A DNA stretch of 64,000 nt. It comes from Candidatus Nomurabacteria bacterium. Lineage in GTDB: Bacteria; Patescibacteriota; Minisyncoccia; Phycocordibacterales; UBA9973. The notes beneath the pieces were generated by a model, which searched no databases, was not told the origin of the DNA, and saw only the letters and a list, made by a program, of their open reading frames with translations. Made by a program: the position numbers and the translations under genes. The first letter of the stretch is position 1. Each line of letters starts with the position of its first letter. This document shows, in pieces, positions 34,932 to 44,629 of this stretch. The DNA lies in assembly GCA_023267375.1 (NCBI GenBank), contig JAHFNJ010000001.1, positions 21,878 through 85,877 of the forward strand. The letters are read 5' to 3'.

Positions 34932-35903
34932 TTACGGATGCTCTACGAGATTTTTGACTGAGCTTGAATTGTGAATACCCATAATACTATCCGCCAACTC
35001 CCCTGCTACAGATAAAATTTCAAGTTGTTTAAAGTGTTTTTCTTTTGGCACTGGGATCGTATCGGTTACCACTACTTTTTTGAATTCAGAATTTTTGAGT
35101 CGCTCTATCGCAGCTCCAGAAAAAATACCATGTGTTGCCATCATATAGACATCTTTTGCTCCTTTGTCTTTCAAAAACTTCGCTGCCTCACATGCAGTGC
35201 CAGCCGTATCGATCATATCGTCGTACATAATACAGGTCATACCAGTCACATCACCAACCAAGTGCATAGGCGTTGTTTCTTGTTTTGCACTGTGACGGCG
35301 TTTGTTGACGATCGCAAAGTCGAGTCCGATACTTTCAGCAAATTTTCCCGCCTTCGCTACCCCACCCAAATCTGGCGCAACCACTTTAAACTTTTTCGGG
35401 TCATTCATTTTATTTTTCTTCACGTAGTCGATAAAGAGGCTCTTTGTAGACTTGTTGTCACAGTATGTTGAGAAAAATCCTTGTTCTTGATCGGAGTGGA
35501 GCGTCATAGTGAGCACATAGTCGGCACCAGCTGCTTTCAATAGATCTGCAACGAGACGGCCAGTAATCGGTTCGCGTGCTTTTGTCTTTCGATCCTGTCG
35601 CATGTATGGCAAAAAAGGAATAATAGCGCAAATACGCCCCGCCGCTGCACGGCGCATCGCATCAATAAAGACAAATAGTTCCATCAAGTCTGCATCAACT
35701 GAGCCAGTACGCGCAGTTTGAATAATAAAAATATCTTTACCGCGAACAGTCTCCAGTGGAAATATTTTCACTTCTCCATTTTGAAAGCGAATATGTTCTA
35801 CTTCACCGAGTGTAATACCCAACTTTTTTGCAATTTTTTCAGAAAGTTCTGGATGACTTGTTCCTGAAAATACTTTAAAGCTGGTATCTGTGTTTTTTTT
35901 CAT
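34932..35903 (-). CDS. prs: Ribose-phosphate pyrophosphokinase
   Basis: F.NGE, PY.RQDRK, VAPDLGGV, DDMIDTAGT, THGIFSG. Confidence 0.96.
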   Translation of the reverse strand: MKKNTDTSFKVFSGTSHPELSEKIAKKLGITLGEVEHIRFQNGEVKIFPLETVRGKDIFIIQTARTGSVDADLMELFVFIDAMRRAAAGRICAIIPFLPYMRQDRKTKAREPITGRLVADLLKAAGADYVLTMTLHSDQEQGFFSTYCDNKSTKSLFIDYVKKNKMNDPKKFKVVAPDLGGVAKAGKFAESIGLDFAIVNKRRHSAKQETTPMHLVGDVTGMTCIMYDDMIDTAGTACEAAKFLKDKGAKDVYMMATHGIFSGAAIERLKNSEFKKVVVTDTIPVPKEKHFKQLEILSVAGELADSIMGIHNSSSVKNLVEHP

Positions 35904-35949
35904 ACGTTGTTATATAAATAAATGAGTGCAATAATGCCTACACGGTACC

Positions 35950-36984
35950 ATGAAATACCTCTTTTATACAACATCAGAAACAGCCTGGGATGGCCTCTTT
36001 GAGGCCATGCAAGCAGCCCAAAAATCGATATATCTCGAAATGTATATTTTCGTCGATGACACCGAAAAAGAAAATGACTTTATTTCCCTCTTATCCGCAA
36101 AAGCACGCGCGGGAGTATCGGTTCGAATGATTCTCGACATGTTTGGAAGCGCGGATCTTTCAGACAAAGCTCGAAAAGAACTTGAAGACGCCGGCGTTGA
36201 ATTACTCTTTTTCAGAAAATGGTTTCGTAGACTGCATAAAAAAATTGTTATCGTCGATGAAAAAGTTGGATTCTTGGGGGGCGTCAATATTCATCAATCA
36301 GCACGACTTTGGAGCGATCTCCTCATCCGTCTACAAGGACCTATCGTGCACTCACTTATCCGCTCATTTAAACGGACCTATCGCACATCAGGAGGCCGTG
36401 ATCAATACGTTCTTTCATTCAAGAAAAAAGCAGTGCTCGGTCATACGCGTATATGGCTCTTTGAACACATCCCTGATCTGCGCCAACCGCGATTGCGCGA
36501 TATTTATACAGAATCGATCCTCAAAGCAAAAAAACAATTGATTCTAGTGACACCATACTTCCTCCCCCATAAATGGCTCATCCAACTTCTCAAAGAAACA
36601 GTCGCGCGCGGAGTTGAGGTGCAAGTGATTGTACCAACCAAAACAGATCTTACTTTTATCACGCGCGCAAATCGATTTTTTGTAAATCTGCTCGCAGGTG
36701 ATGGAATTACCTTTTTCGAAACACCAAAAATGAATCATGCAAAACTGCTCCTCATTGATGAGAATCTCGCGCTTGTCGGTTCGCAAAATATCGATGCCAT
36801 GTCGTTTGATTTCAACGCAGAAGTTGGAGTTTTTTTTAATGATAAAAAAATGATCCATGACCTTTTTGCAATAGTCGATGGATGGAGATCAGCTGCACAA
36901 AAAATAACCACTCCTTCAAAAAATATAACATGGGATGACAAACTATTCTCTTTTTTAATTCGCGCACTACAGCCGTTATTATAA
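35950..36984 (+). CDS. Cardiolipin synthase-like phospholipase D
   Basis: Two HKD motifs (LHKKIVIVD, NHAKLLLID), TPYFLP, GSQNID. Confidence 0.9.
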   Translation: MKYLFYTTSETAWDGLFEAMQAAQKSIYLEMYIFVDDTEKENDFISLLSAKARAGVSVRMILDMFGSADLSDKARKELEDAGVELLFFRKWFRRLHKKIVIVDEKVGFLGGVNIHQSARLWSDLLIRLQGPIVHSLIRSFKRTYRTSGGRDQYVLSFKKKAVLGHTRIWLFEHIPDLRQPRLRDIYTESILKAKKQLILVTPYFLPHKWLIQLLKETVARGVEVQVIVPTKTDLTFITRANRFFVNLLAGDGITFFETPKMNHAKLLLIDENLALVGSQNIDAMSFDFNAEVGVFFNDKKMIHDLFAIVDGWRSAAQKITTPSKNITWDDKLFSFLIRALQPLL

Positions 36985-36989
36985 AAGTG

Positions 36990-37062
36990 TGCGCGATACA
37001 GGATTCGAACCTGTGACCTACCCCACGTCAAGGGGTCGCTCTACCAACTGAGCTAACCGCGC
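36990..37062 (-). tRNA. tRNA-Val(GAC)
   Basis: Minus strand GCGCGGTTAGCTCAGTTGGTAGAGCG-ACCCC-TT-GAC-GT-GGGGT...GGTTCGAATCC. Confidence 0.96.
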
Positions 37063-37146
37063 AAATCAATACCGTAAGATTACAAAATATTAGGCATTCT
37101 GGCAACTTAATGAAAAAAATAATAATAAATGCTAGAATGCCCGGAC

Positions 37147-38340
37147 ATGCGCATCCTTGCTATCGAAACCTCGTGCGACGAAACAGCTATCTCAATAATT
37201 GAAGCCTACGGCGGATTAAAAAATCCGCGTTTTCGTGTTTTAGGAAATAAAATAGCTTCGCAAGCAGCATTCCACGCACAATATGGCGGCGTCTTTCCTA
37301 TGATGGCAAAACGAGAACACTCAAAAAATATTGTTCCGCTTTTTCTATCAGTACTCAAAGAAGCAAAAGTATTGAAGATAAACCCTAAAGCTACCTTTAC
37401 CACTGTCCAGGAAAATAAAATCAAAAAAATGCTCGAGCGTGAACCTGAAATGCTCGATTTATTTTTAGAGAAAATTTCAAGACTCGCGAAACCTCGCTTT
37501 GATGTAATCGCGGTAACCGTCGGCCCAGGGCTCGAGCCTGCGCTTTGGGTTGGCATCAACTTCGCAAAAACACTTGCAACGATTTGGAAAATCCCGGTCA
37601 TACCAGTAAACCACATGGAAGGACACTTTCTTTCAGTGCTTATGCAAAAAAATGGAAAAAACCTGCCTGCCGGCAAGCAGGTACAATTTCCTGCTTTGTC
37701 ATTACTTGTGTCAGGAGGACATACCGAACTTGTACTTGCAACTGATTGGCTGAAATATAAAAAAATCGGTCAGACTCGCGATGACGCTGCCGGTGAAGCA
37801 TTTGATAAAGTCGCGCGTATGCTCGAACTTCCTTATCCTGGCGGGCCTGAAATTTCAAAACTCGCCGCGCAATTCCCTAAAGACCATCCTCAGACGATCA
37901 AGCTTCCTCGCCCAATGATCCAAAGCGGAGATTTTGATTTTTCCTTTTCTGGACTTAAAACAGCAGTGCTCTACCTTTTACGCGACATGACAAAAATAAA
38001 TCCTGCTGTTTTACAAAATAGCGACACAAAAAGAGAAATTGCATTTGAGTTTCAAAATGCCGTAGTTGAAGTACTCGTGACCAAAACGATGCGCGCACTG
38101 CAAAAATATAAAGCAAAAACGCTGATTGTCGGCGGTGGCGTATCTGCAAACAAAGAACTCCAAAAAGGATTACGAATGGCAACACAGAAAGAAAAAATTA
38201 TACTTCATTTTCCAATCAAAGACCTTTCCACAGACAACTCCCTTATGATTGGTATCGCCGGTTACTTTCAATTTTTGAAAAATAAAAAACGAGGCAAACC
38301 CCTTACATCGCTCAAAGCAATTGGTAATCTTTCGCTCTAA
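37147..38340 (+). CDS. tsaD: tRNA N6-adenosine threonylcarbamoyltransferase TsaD
   Basis: LAIETSCDET, HMEGH, LLVSGGHT, TRDDAAGEAFDK, FSFSGLKT, TDNS.MI. Confidence 0.96.
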   Translation: MRILAIETSCDETAISIIEAYGGLKNPRFRVLGNKIASQAAFHAQYGGVFPMMAKREHSKNIVPLFLSVLKEAKVLKINPKATFTTVQENKIKKMLEREPEMLDLFLEKISRLAKPRFDVIAVTVGPGLEPALWVGINFAKTLATIWKIPVIPVNHMEGHFLSVLMQKNGKNLPAGKQVQFPALSLLVSGGHTELVLATDWLKYKKIGQTRDDAAGEAFDKVARMLELPYPGGPEISKLAAQFPKDHPQTIKLPRPMIQSGDFDFSFSGLKTAVLYLLRDMTKINPAVLQNSDTKREIAFEFQNAVVEVLVTKTMRALQKYKAKTLIVGGGVSANKELQKGLRMATQKEKIILHFPIKDLSTDNSLMIGIAGYFQFLKNKKRGKPLTSLKAIGNLSL

Positions 38341-38402
38341 CATAAATAAAAAAGCCCGCTCTATAGCGGGCTTTTTTTAGGATTGTAATTACATACACAC
38401 AA

Positions 38403-39350
38403 TTACTGCAGCACTGTTGGGCGACCTGAAATACTAGTGCCTCTGTCTGCAGAATGCTTGAACGATCGCACATGCAAAGTCATTTCCTTCTCCTTTGCTA
38501 AAAGAATTGCTTGAGGATGTACAATCTGTGCTTTCTTTTCTGTCACCAAAATGTAGGCATCATCGTATGAAATATTTTCATACCGCTTCGCGTCCGGATT
38601 AACATTTGGGTCTTCTGTATAGACACCCGGCACATCTGTCCACTTTGTAGCGGATTTTGCACCAAGAGCATACGCAATAATAGCCAAAGAATAGTCAGAA
38701 CCTTCACGACCAAGTGTTGTAACACCGCTCAGTGTTCCGCCAACAAAACCTTGAGTCATAGCAACATGTCGTAAAAAAAGTGCTTTTTCAATACTGCTGA
38801 GCGTAATCGCTGCAACTGTTTCAGGAAGCAGTACTTGTGCACGGGTGTGCACACTGTCGGTTTTGATCAATTCTGGCGCATCAAAAACAGCAACCTTGAT
38901 TCCGTTTGAATCAAAAACCTCATGCATAATAGCTGTAGCGAAAAACTCACCACAAGAAACGATGCGATCGTAAATTTCACCGTACGTAGCTTCCGTGATT
39001 ACTTGAGATGCCATAAATCTGACAATTCTATCGCGGAGCATTCTTAAGCTTCCTATTGCTTGGCGTTTATTTTTAGAATGCAAATGCAGGCTCTCAACAA
39101 GCCGGTACTGTTTTTGCACCACGGTATCAAAAAGAGCGATCCATGCTGTATCGCCTTTTTTCCAACATTCGAATACTTCTTCAAGGTCATTCGTTGTTTT
39201 GCCCGGTGCAGAGAAAACAAACAGTAAAGGAAAGAGGCTATGTTTTTTGTTTACAACGGCAAAAGTTTGATTAATAGCATGCGCATCAGCGATAGCCTTG
39301 CCACCAAACTTGTGCACTTCTAGGTGTTTGATAAATGGCTCCATAATCAT
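38403..39350 (-). CDS. Aspartokinase-like kinase, catalytic domain only (no ACT domains)
   Basis: VHKFGG, SAPGKTTN, SCGE, TQGFVG, TTLGREGSDYS, WTDVPGVYTEDP, IVHP. Confidence 0.8.
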   Translation of the reverse strand: MIMEPFIKHLEVHKFGGKAIADAHAINQTFAVVNKKHSLFPLLFVFSAPGKTTNDLEEVFECWKKGDTAWIALFDTVVQKQYRLVESLHLHSKNKRQAIGSLRMLRDRIVRFMASQVITEATYGEIYDRIVSCGEFFATAIMHEVFDSNGIKVAVFDAPELIKTDSVHTRAQVLLPETVAAITLSSIEKALFLRHVAMTQGFVGGTLSGVTTLGREGSDYSLAIIAYALGAKSATKWTDVPGVYTEDPNVNPDAKRYENISYDDAYILVTEKKAQIVHPQAILLAKEKEMTLHVRSFKHSADRGTSISGRPTVLQ

Positions 39351-39517
39351 AGGGGATTTTAATTTTTAGAATGAATTTCTCCATACCGTACTTTTTTTAG
39401 GATACTTTGTCAATTTATTAAAGAAGAGTATTTATTTAAGCACTATTCTTTTAAGGAAGAAGAATCTTTCACTAAAACCTTTAAAAATGCTATGGTTAAA
39501 ATAAAAACTACCTTGCC

Positions 39518-39796
39518 ATGAAAAAATACTTCTCTATCCGCAACTATCCTCATTTACTCTTATGGAGAAATAGGACTATCAAAAGAGTAACTACTGCCAC
39601 CAGTAAGTACTTTTCTATCCGTCATTACCCGTATTTATTCATTATCGTAATGATCCTTACACTTCTATTTGGCCTGATCTGGCATAGAATTGCAATCTTC
39701 TTTGTAGCTATTGCCCTTGGATTCACATCCTTGATAATGCTTGCCGGCTATCTTTACGAAGAAATAAAAGAAGAAATCAGATACAGATTGCCTTAG
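39518..39796 (+). CDS. Orphan small 2-TM protein with an internal repeat
   Basis: TTCACT-N17-TATGGT upstream, hairpin at 39818-39854. Confidence 0.6.
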   Translation: MKKYFSIRNYPHLLLWRNRTIKRVTTATSKYFSIRHYPYLFIIVMILTLLFGLIWHRIAIFFVAIALGFTSLIMLAGYLYEEIKEEIRYRLP

Positions 39797-39907
39797 AATA
39801 CACCTACGTGGAAAACAAAAAGACGGCTTAAGCAATTGCGAGAGCTGTCTTTTCATTTACCAAAAACCTGTGCAAAAACAGCCTAAAATGTTATATTTTA
39901 AAGGCAT

Positions 39908-42124
39908 ATGAAAGAAAACGAGACAACCCCGGAGAAACTGCTCAAGCCCTACAACCCAGCAGAAACTGAAGACAAAATATACAAGCTCTGGGAAGAGGGC
40001 GGTTTTTTTAACCCAGATGTCTGTATAGAAAAAGGATTCACGCAGGCAGAAGCTGAGGCATTTTCGATGGTTTTACCGCCACCGAATGTGACGGGAACAC
40101 TCCACACTGGCCACGCACTCACCCTTGCTATTGAAGACATCATGGTTCGCTACGCACGCATGCAGGGTAAAAAGACACTCTGGGTTCCTGGTACAGACCA
40201 CGCAGCGATCGCCACACAATCAAAAGTTGAAAAAATTCTTGAAAAAGAAGAAAGCAAGCGCAAAGGAGACTTGGGCCGTGAAGAATTCCTAAAACGCGTA
40301 GAAAAATTTGCCCAAGAGTCTCACGACACAATCATCAACCAAGCAAAAAAAATGGGGGCGTCACTTGATTGGTCACGCGAAGCATTTACGCTCGATAAAA
40401 AACGTGAGAAGGCAGTCTACACAGCATTCAAGCGAATGTATGACGACGGACTTATTTATCGTGGCTATCGCGTCGTAAACTGGGACCCTAAAGGCCAAAC
40501 AACCATTTCTGATGACGAGCTCGTGTATGAAGAACGCAAAGCAAAACTCTACACTTTCAAATACTCAAAAGACTTCCCTATTTCTATTTCAACTACTCGC
40601 CCCGAAACAAAACTCGGTGATACCGCTGTTGCCGTGCATCCAGATGACCCGCGTTATAAAGAATTTGTTGGCAAAGAATACGATGCTGTATTTTGCGGAG
40701 CGCCGATTCATATAAAAATAATCGCCGATGATTCAGTCGAAATGGAATTTGGTACGGGGGCACTTGGTGTGACACCAGCGCACAGTATGGCTGACTGGGA
40801 AATGGGACAGAAGCACAACTTGCCGCTCGTTCCAGTCATCAATGAATTCGCCAAAATGATTTTGGGTAATGAATCAGTGCTTGGTAAAAAAACAACTGAA
40901 GCCCGCGAAGCAGTCGTGGAATGGCTCCGCACCGAAGGACTCCTCGAGAAAGAAGAAGAAATCTCACAAAATGTTTCAACAGCTGAACGCACTGGCGCAA
41001 TTATTGAACCACTGCCAAAACTCCAATGGTTTATAAACGTAAACAAACCAATTGCTTCACGCGGCAACAAAACTCTCAAAGAGCTTATGCTTGAGCCAGT
41101 ACGTGATGGAAAGATTAAAGTTCTTCCCGATCGATTTGAACGCGTGTATTACAATTGGATTGAAAACCTCCGCGACTGGTGCATCTCAAGACAGATTTGG
41201 TATGGACACCAAGTACCTGTTTGGTATAAAAATGAAGCGCTCTATTGCGGTACAGAAGCCCCACAAGAGGAAGGTTGGATTCAAGACCCCGACACCCTCG
41301 ACACCTGGTTTTCTTCAGGTCTTTGGACGTTCTCTACACTCGGCTGGCCAGATGAAACTCCCGATCTTAAAACCTATCACCCAACAACGGTCCTTGAAAC
41401 TGGTTACGACATTTTATTCTTTTGGATCGCTCGAATGATTTTGATGAGTCAGTATTTACTCGGTGATATTCCATTCAAAAATGTCTACCTGCACGGCTTA
41501 GTACGCGATAAAGACGGCAAAAAAATGTCGAAATCGCTCGGCAATGCTATGGATCCACTCGAGCTCATTAAAAAGTATGGGACCGATGCCGTACGTATGG
41601 CACTTATTATCGGCACAGCTCCCGGTAACGATTCCAAGCTTGCTGAAGAAAACATTCGTGGCTACGGCAGATTCGCAAATAAAATGTGGAATGTCGCACG
41701 ATTCGTTGTTGAAAATACCACAGATCTCGATACAAGCGGTACACCAGCATTCGATGAAGAAGATGAGGCATCTCTCAAAGAACTTTCATCACTCATTGAT
41801 GAAATTACAAAAGAGATGGATGAGTATAAATTCTATCTTGTTGCCGAAAAGTTATACCACTACTTCTGGCACACCTTTGCTGATATAATTATTGAACGAA
41901 GTAAAAAGAAAATTGCTGAAGGTGACGCACAAGCAATCCTCTCAGCAAAATGGATTCTCGTAAGCCACTTAAACACATTACTTCGCGCCCTTCATCCGTT
42001 CATGCCATTCGTTACTGAAGAAATTTGGGGTTTGTTGTTTACCCGAAATGTTTCTACTGAAACAGGCGGGCCAAGCACATCTTCCAAAATGCTCATCGTT
42101 GAATCGTGGCCGTCTCAATCGTAG
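39908..42124 (+). CDS. valS: Valine--tRNA ligase (short form)
   Basis: PPPNVTGTLHTGH, DWCISRQIWYGH, DTWFSS, KMSKS. Confidence 0.97.
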   Translation: MKENETTPEKLLKPYNPAETEDKIYKLWEEGGFFNPDVCIEKGFTQAEAEAFSMVLPPPNVTGTLHTGHALTLAIEDIMVRYARMQGKKTLWVPGTDHAAIATQSKVEKILEKEESKRKGDLGREEFLKRVEKFAQESHDTIINQAKKMGASLDWSREAFTLDKKREKAVYTAFKRMYDDGLIYRGYRVVNWDPKGQTTISDDELVYEERKAKLYTFKYSKDFPISISTTRPETKLGDTAVAVHPDDPRYKEFVGKEYDAVFCGAPIHIKIIADDSVEMEFGTGALGVTPAHSMADWEMGQKHNLPLVPVINEFAKMILGNESVLGKKTTEAREAVVEWLRTEGLLEKEEEISQNVSTAERTGAIIEPLPKLQWFINVNKPIASRGNKTLKELMLEPVRDGKIKVLPDRFERVYYNWIENLRDWCISRQIWYGHQVPVWYKNEALYCGTEAPQEEGWIQDPDTLDTWFSSGLWTFSTLGWPDETPDLKTYHPTTVLETGYDILFFWIARMILMSQYLLGDIPFKNVYLHGLVRDKDGKKMSKSLGNAMDPLELIKKYGTDAVRMALIIGTAPGNDSKLAEENIRGYGRFANKMWNVARFVVENTTDLDTSGTPAFDEEDEASLKELSSLIDEITKEMDEYKFYLVAEKLYHYFWHTFADIIIERSKKKIAEGDAQAILSAKWILVSHLNTLLRALHPFMPFVTEEIWGLLFTRNVSTETGGPSTSSKMLIVESWPSQS

Positions 42125-42160
42125 TAGTTTACGTTTGCCCATACACATCACCACATCCGA

Positions 42161-42847
42161 ATGATAGGAAATTATCCAATCTTGATAGCAGTTATTGGCG
42201 GATTTATTCCAGCCTTTTTATGGCTCTTGTTTTGGCTTCGCGAGGACCCACACCCTGAACCAAAAGGGCTTCTGTTTATTACTTTTTTAATCGGCATGGC
42301 GTCGGTTATCTTGATTGTGCCACTTGAACAGTTTGCGCGTGCAAACTTCACCCAAAGCACAGGCCTGACCGTAGTGTGGGCAGCACTTGAGGAGATCATA
42401 AAATACTTTGCTGTGGCAGTTGTTGCCCTTAAAAGCGCTGCCGTTGATGAACCTATCGACTACCCTATTTATTTCATTACCGCAGCACTCGGCTTTGCGT
42501 CTTTTGAAAACACCCTCTTCTTGATTCATCCCTTAACAACAGATCAAGCAACAGTCAGCTTGCTCACCGGGAGTCTTCGATTCCTTGGAGCAAACCTACT
42601 TCACTCAACAGCAAGTGCCCTAGTAGGCATTTCACTTGGCCTTGCGTTTTATCAGGGATGGCTATCACGCAAAATCCACCTTTTTATTGGACTTGCCGCT
42701 GCAGTTACCTTGCATAGTATCTTTAATTTCTTTATAATTAAAAACAGCGGAGGAAGTTTTTTTGGAATTTTTGGTTTTCTCTGGGTCGCAACCATAATTA
42801 CCTTCCTTCTTTTTGAAAAGCTACGCCGATTAAATAATCTGGAGTAG
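42161..42847 (+). CDS. PrsW family intramembrane metalloprotease
   Basis: HPEP, EEIIK, GFASFEN, LHS...LHSIFN. Confidence 0.9.
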   Translation: MIGNYPILIAVIGGFIPAFLWLLFWLREDPHPEPKGLLFITFLIGMASVILIVPLEQFARANFTQSTGLTVVWAALEEIIKYFAVAVVALKSAAVDEPIDYPIYFITAALGFASFENTLFLIHPLTTDQATVSLLTGSLRFLGANLLHSTASALVGISLGLAFYQGWLSRKIHLFIGLAAAVTLHSIFNFFIIKNSGGSFFGIFGFLWVATIITFLLFEKLRRLNNLE

Positions 42848-42902
42848 CAATTATCAATAGAACTTAAAAAAAATTGAAGTTCTAACCTTTTAAAACACAA
42901 TT

Positions 42903-43382
42903 ATGTTATTTAAGAAAAAATCTTTTTTGGAACGACTCACCGGCGCGGCTCGCATGGATGACGAAATAGAAGAAGAGGCTCCACACGAACTAAAACCAAA
43001 AAGTATTGGAGGTCATAGCAAGGATTCAAACTGGATGGAAGAAGAAGCTGAAGAAGGACAGCTAACGGTGGATGTATACCAAACACCAAACGAAATAGTT
43101 GTGCAAACAATGGTTGCTGGTGTTCGCCCAGAAGATTTGAGTATCTCTATCACCCGCGACATGATCACTATTCGCGGTAAACGCGAAGAAAATAGATCTA
43201 TCAACGACGAAAATTACTTTACCAAAGAGCTCTATTGGGGATCATTCTCTCGTACAATCCTCCTTCCCCAAGAAATTGACCCAGAGGAAGCTGAAGCAGT
43301 AGAAAAACACGGATTGCTTGTGGTAAAGCTTCCGAAAATAGACAAGGAGCGAAAGACAAACCTCCGAATTAAATCGCTTTAA
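42903..43382 (+). CDS. Hsp20/alpha-crystallin small heat shock protein
   Basis: VDVYQT, AGV.PEDL, ELYWGSFSRTILLP, GLLVVKLPK. Confidence 0.93.
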   Translation: MLFKKKSFLERLTGAARMDDEIEEEAPHELKPKSIGGHSKDSNWMEEEAEEGQLTVDVYQTPNEIVVQTMVAGVRPEDLSISITRDMITIRGKREENRSINDENYFTKELYWGSFSRTILLPQEIDPEEAEAVEKHGLLVVKLPKIDKERKTNLRIKSL

Positions 43383-43425
43383 AATCAAAAGACGCCACAT
43401 CGGGCGTCTTTTGATTTACGGTGTG

Positions 43426-43498
43426 TGCTTGGGACCAGATTTGAACTGGTGACATCTCCCTCTTCAGGGGAGCGCTCTACCAACTGAGCTACCCAAGC
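43426..43498 (-). tRNA. tRNA-Phe(GAA)
   Basis: Minus strand GCTTGGGTAGCTCAGTTGGTAGAGCG-CTCCC-CT-GAA-GA-GGGAG...AGTTCAAATCT. Confidence 0.96.
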
Positions 43499-43596
43499 AA
43501 CTAACTATGCTACAGTAGCATATTTTGACATAAATATGCAAAAACCCCATAAGAAAACTAGACATTCTGCGATATCTAGTTTTCTTACTAGTTTTT

Positions 43597-44013
43597 TTAA
43601 TTCACTCCTTGAGCTGGCTTAAAGAAATCTTTAAAATTCGTGAAATTTTGTGCTCCTTGTGTATAGAGAGCCATTGCTTTATCAAAGTATGGCTTTGCAA
43701 AGTAGTACGCACCCACACTAATGCCAAGAATGATGATCCAATAGATGAGGTGGAGCGTAAACGTACGACGTTGTGCGCGGCGCATTTTTTTCAAAATATT
43801 ATTGTTCTCTCGAGCAAAGTTCAGTGTTTCTTGAACCATATTTCTCAAATCATTTGTATTTTCACCCATAAAGTTGCCTGGCATATTCATACTGTTTGGC
43901 ATCATGTTCGGTACTATGTTAGGCATAGCTGGTGGCGGAGTACTTGGAGTCATATTAGGAATAGCGTTTGGCACAGCACCTGGTTGCGTTGTGTTAATGT
44001 TATTGTTTTCCAT
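43597..44013 (-). CDS. Hypothetical single-TM protein with an N/P/M-rich N-terminus
   Basis: L..ARENNNILKKMRR followed by a TM helix. TGTTACAAT upstream of the ATG. Confidence 0.75.
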   Translation of the reverse strand: MENNNINTTQPGAVPNAIPNMTPSTPPPAMPNIVPNMMPNSMNMPGNFMGENTNDLRNMVQETLNFARENNNILKKMRRAQRRTFTLHLIYWIIILGISVGAYYFAKPYFDKAMALYTQGAQNFTNFKDFFKPAQGVN

Positions 44014-44067
44014 ATACAGTAAATTGTAACATGAGAAAAAGTGAGGGCAATGTGGGTAACTTAAATC

Positions 44068-44183
44068 TTGTGGTCACAGATAATTTTCTGCTGAAAATTT
44101 CCGCGACCCCGCCTCGCGCCGTCGCGCTCCGGCCGGCACCAATACAAAAGAGTGACTTTGAGTCACTCTTTTGTATTGGTGCC
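44068..44183. repeat. GC-rich palindromic element abutting the tRNA-Arg 3' end
   Basis: Perfect 23-bp inverted repeat at 44135-44157 and 44161-44183, plus GGGGTCGCGGAAATTTTCAGCAGAAAATTATCTGTGACC hairpin (minus strand). Confidence 0.7.
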
Positions 44184-44251
44184 CCCACTCCGAATCGAAC
44201 GGGGATCTATTCCTTAGGACGGAACTGTTCTATCCATTGAACTATGGGGGC
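44177..44251 (-). tRNA. tRNA-Arg(CCT) with encoded CCA
   Basis: Minus strand GCCCCCATAGTTCAATGGATAGAACA-GTTCC-GT-CCT-AA-GGAAT...GTTCGATTC...GGGGGCACCA. Confidence 0.93.
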
Positions 44252-44315
44252 AACGTAAAAGCACCGTTGTGACGGTGCTTTTACTATCATAGGATATTTC
44301 TGCTAAAAAATGAAA

Positions 44316-44558
44316 CTAGACAGCTTCCCCCTTGAGTAATTTTTCAATAACAGGCTTATTAAAACCGATAACAAGATTATTGCCAATTTGAATAACTGGC
44401 ACGCCCATTTGTCCGCTTTTTTGGATCATTTCAGTGCGTTTTTCTGTATCAGCTGCCACATTAAACTCCTCGTATTCTACGTTATTCTCCTTAAAATAAA
44501 CTTTTGCCAGCTGGCAGAAGTGGCATGTCGGGGTTGTATATATGAATGCTTTTTGCAT
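44316..44558 (-). CDS. Glutaredoxin-like protein (NrdH/YruB type)
   Basis: YTTPTCHFC, SGQMGVPVI, GFN. Confidence 0.92.
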   Translation of the reverse strand: MQKAFIYTTPTCHFCQLAKVYFKENNVEYEEFNVAADTEKRTEMIQKSGQMGVPVIQIGNNLVIGFNKPVIEKLLKGEAV

Positions 44559-44629
44559 GACAGTTAAAATAATTGATTAATAATTTCCTTACTTCTCTAG
44601 TATAGCATACGAGTCAAGTACCTGGTTTT

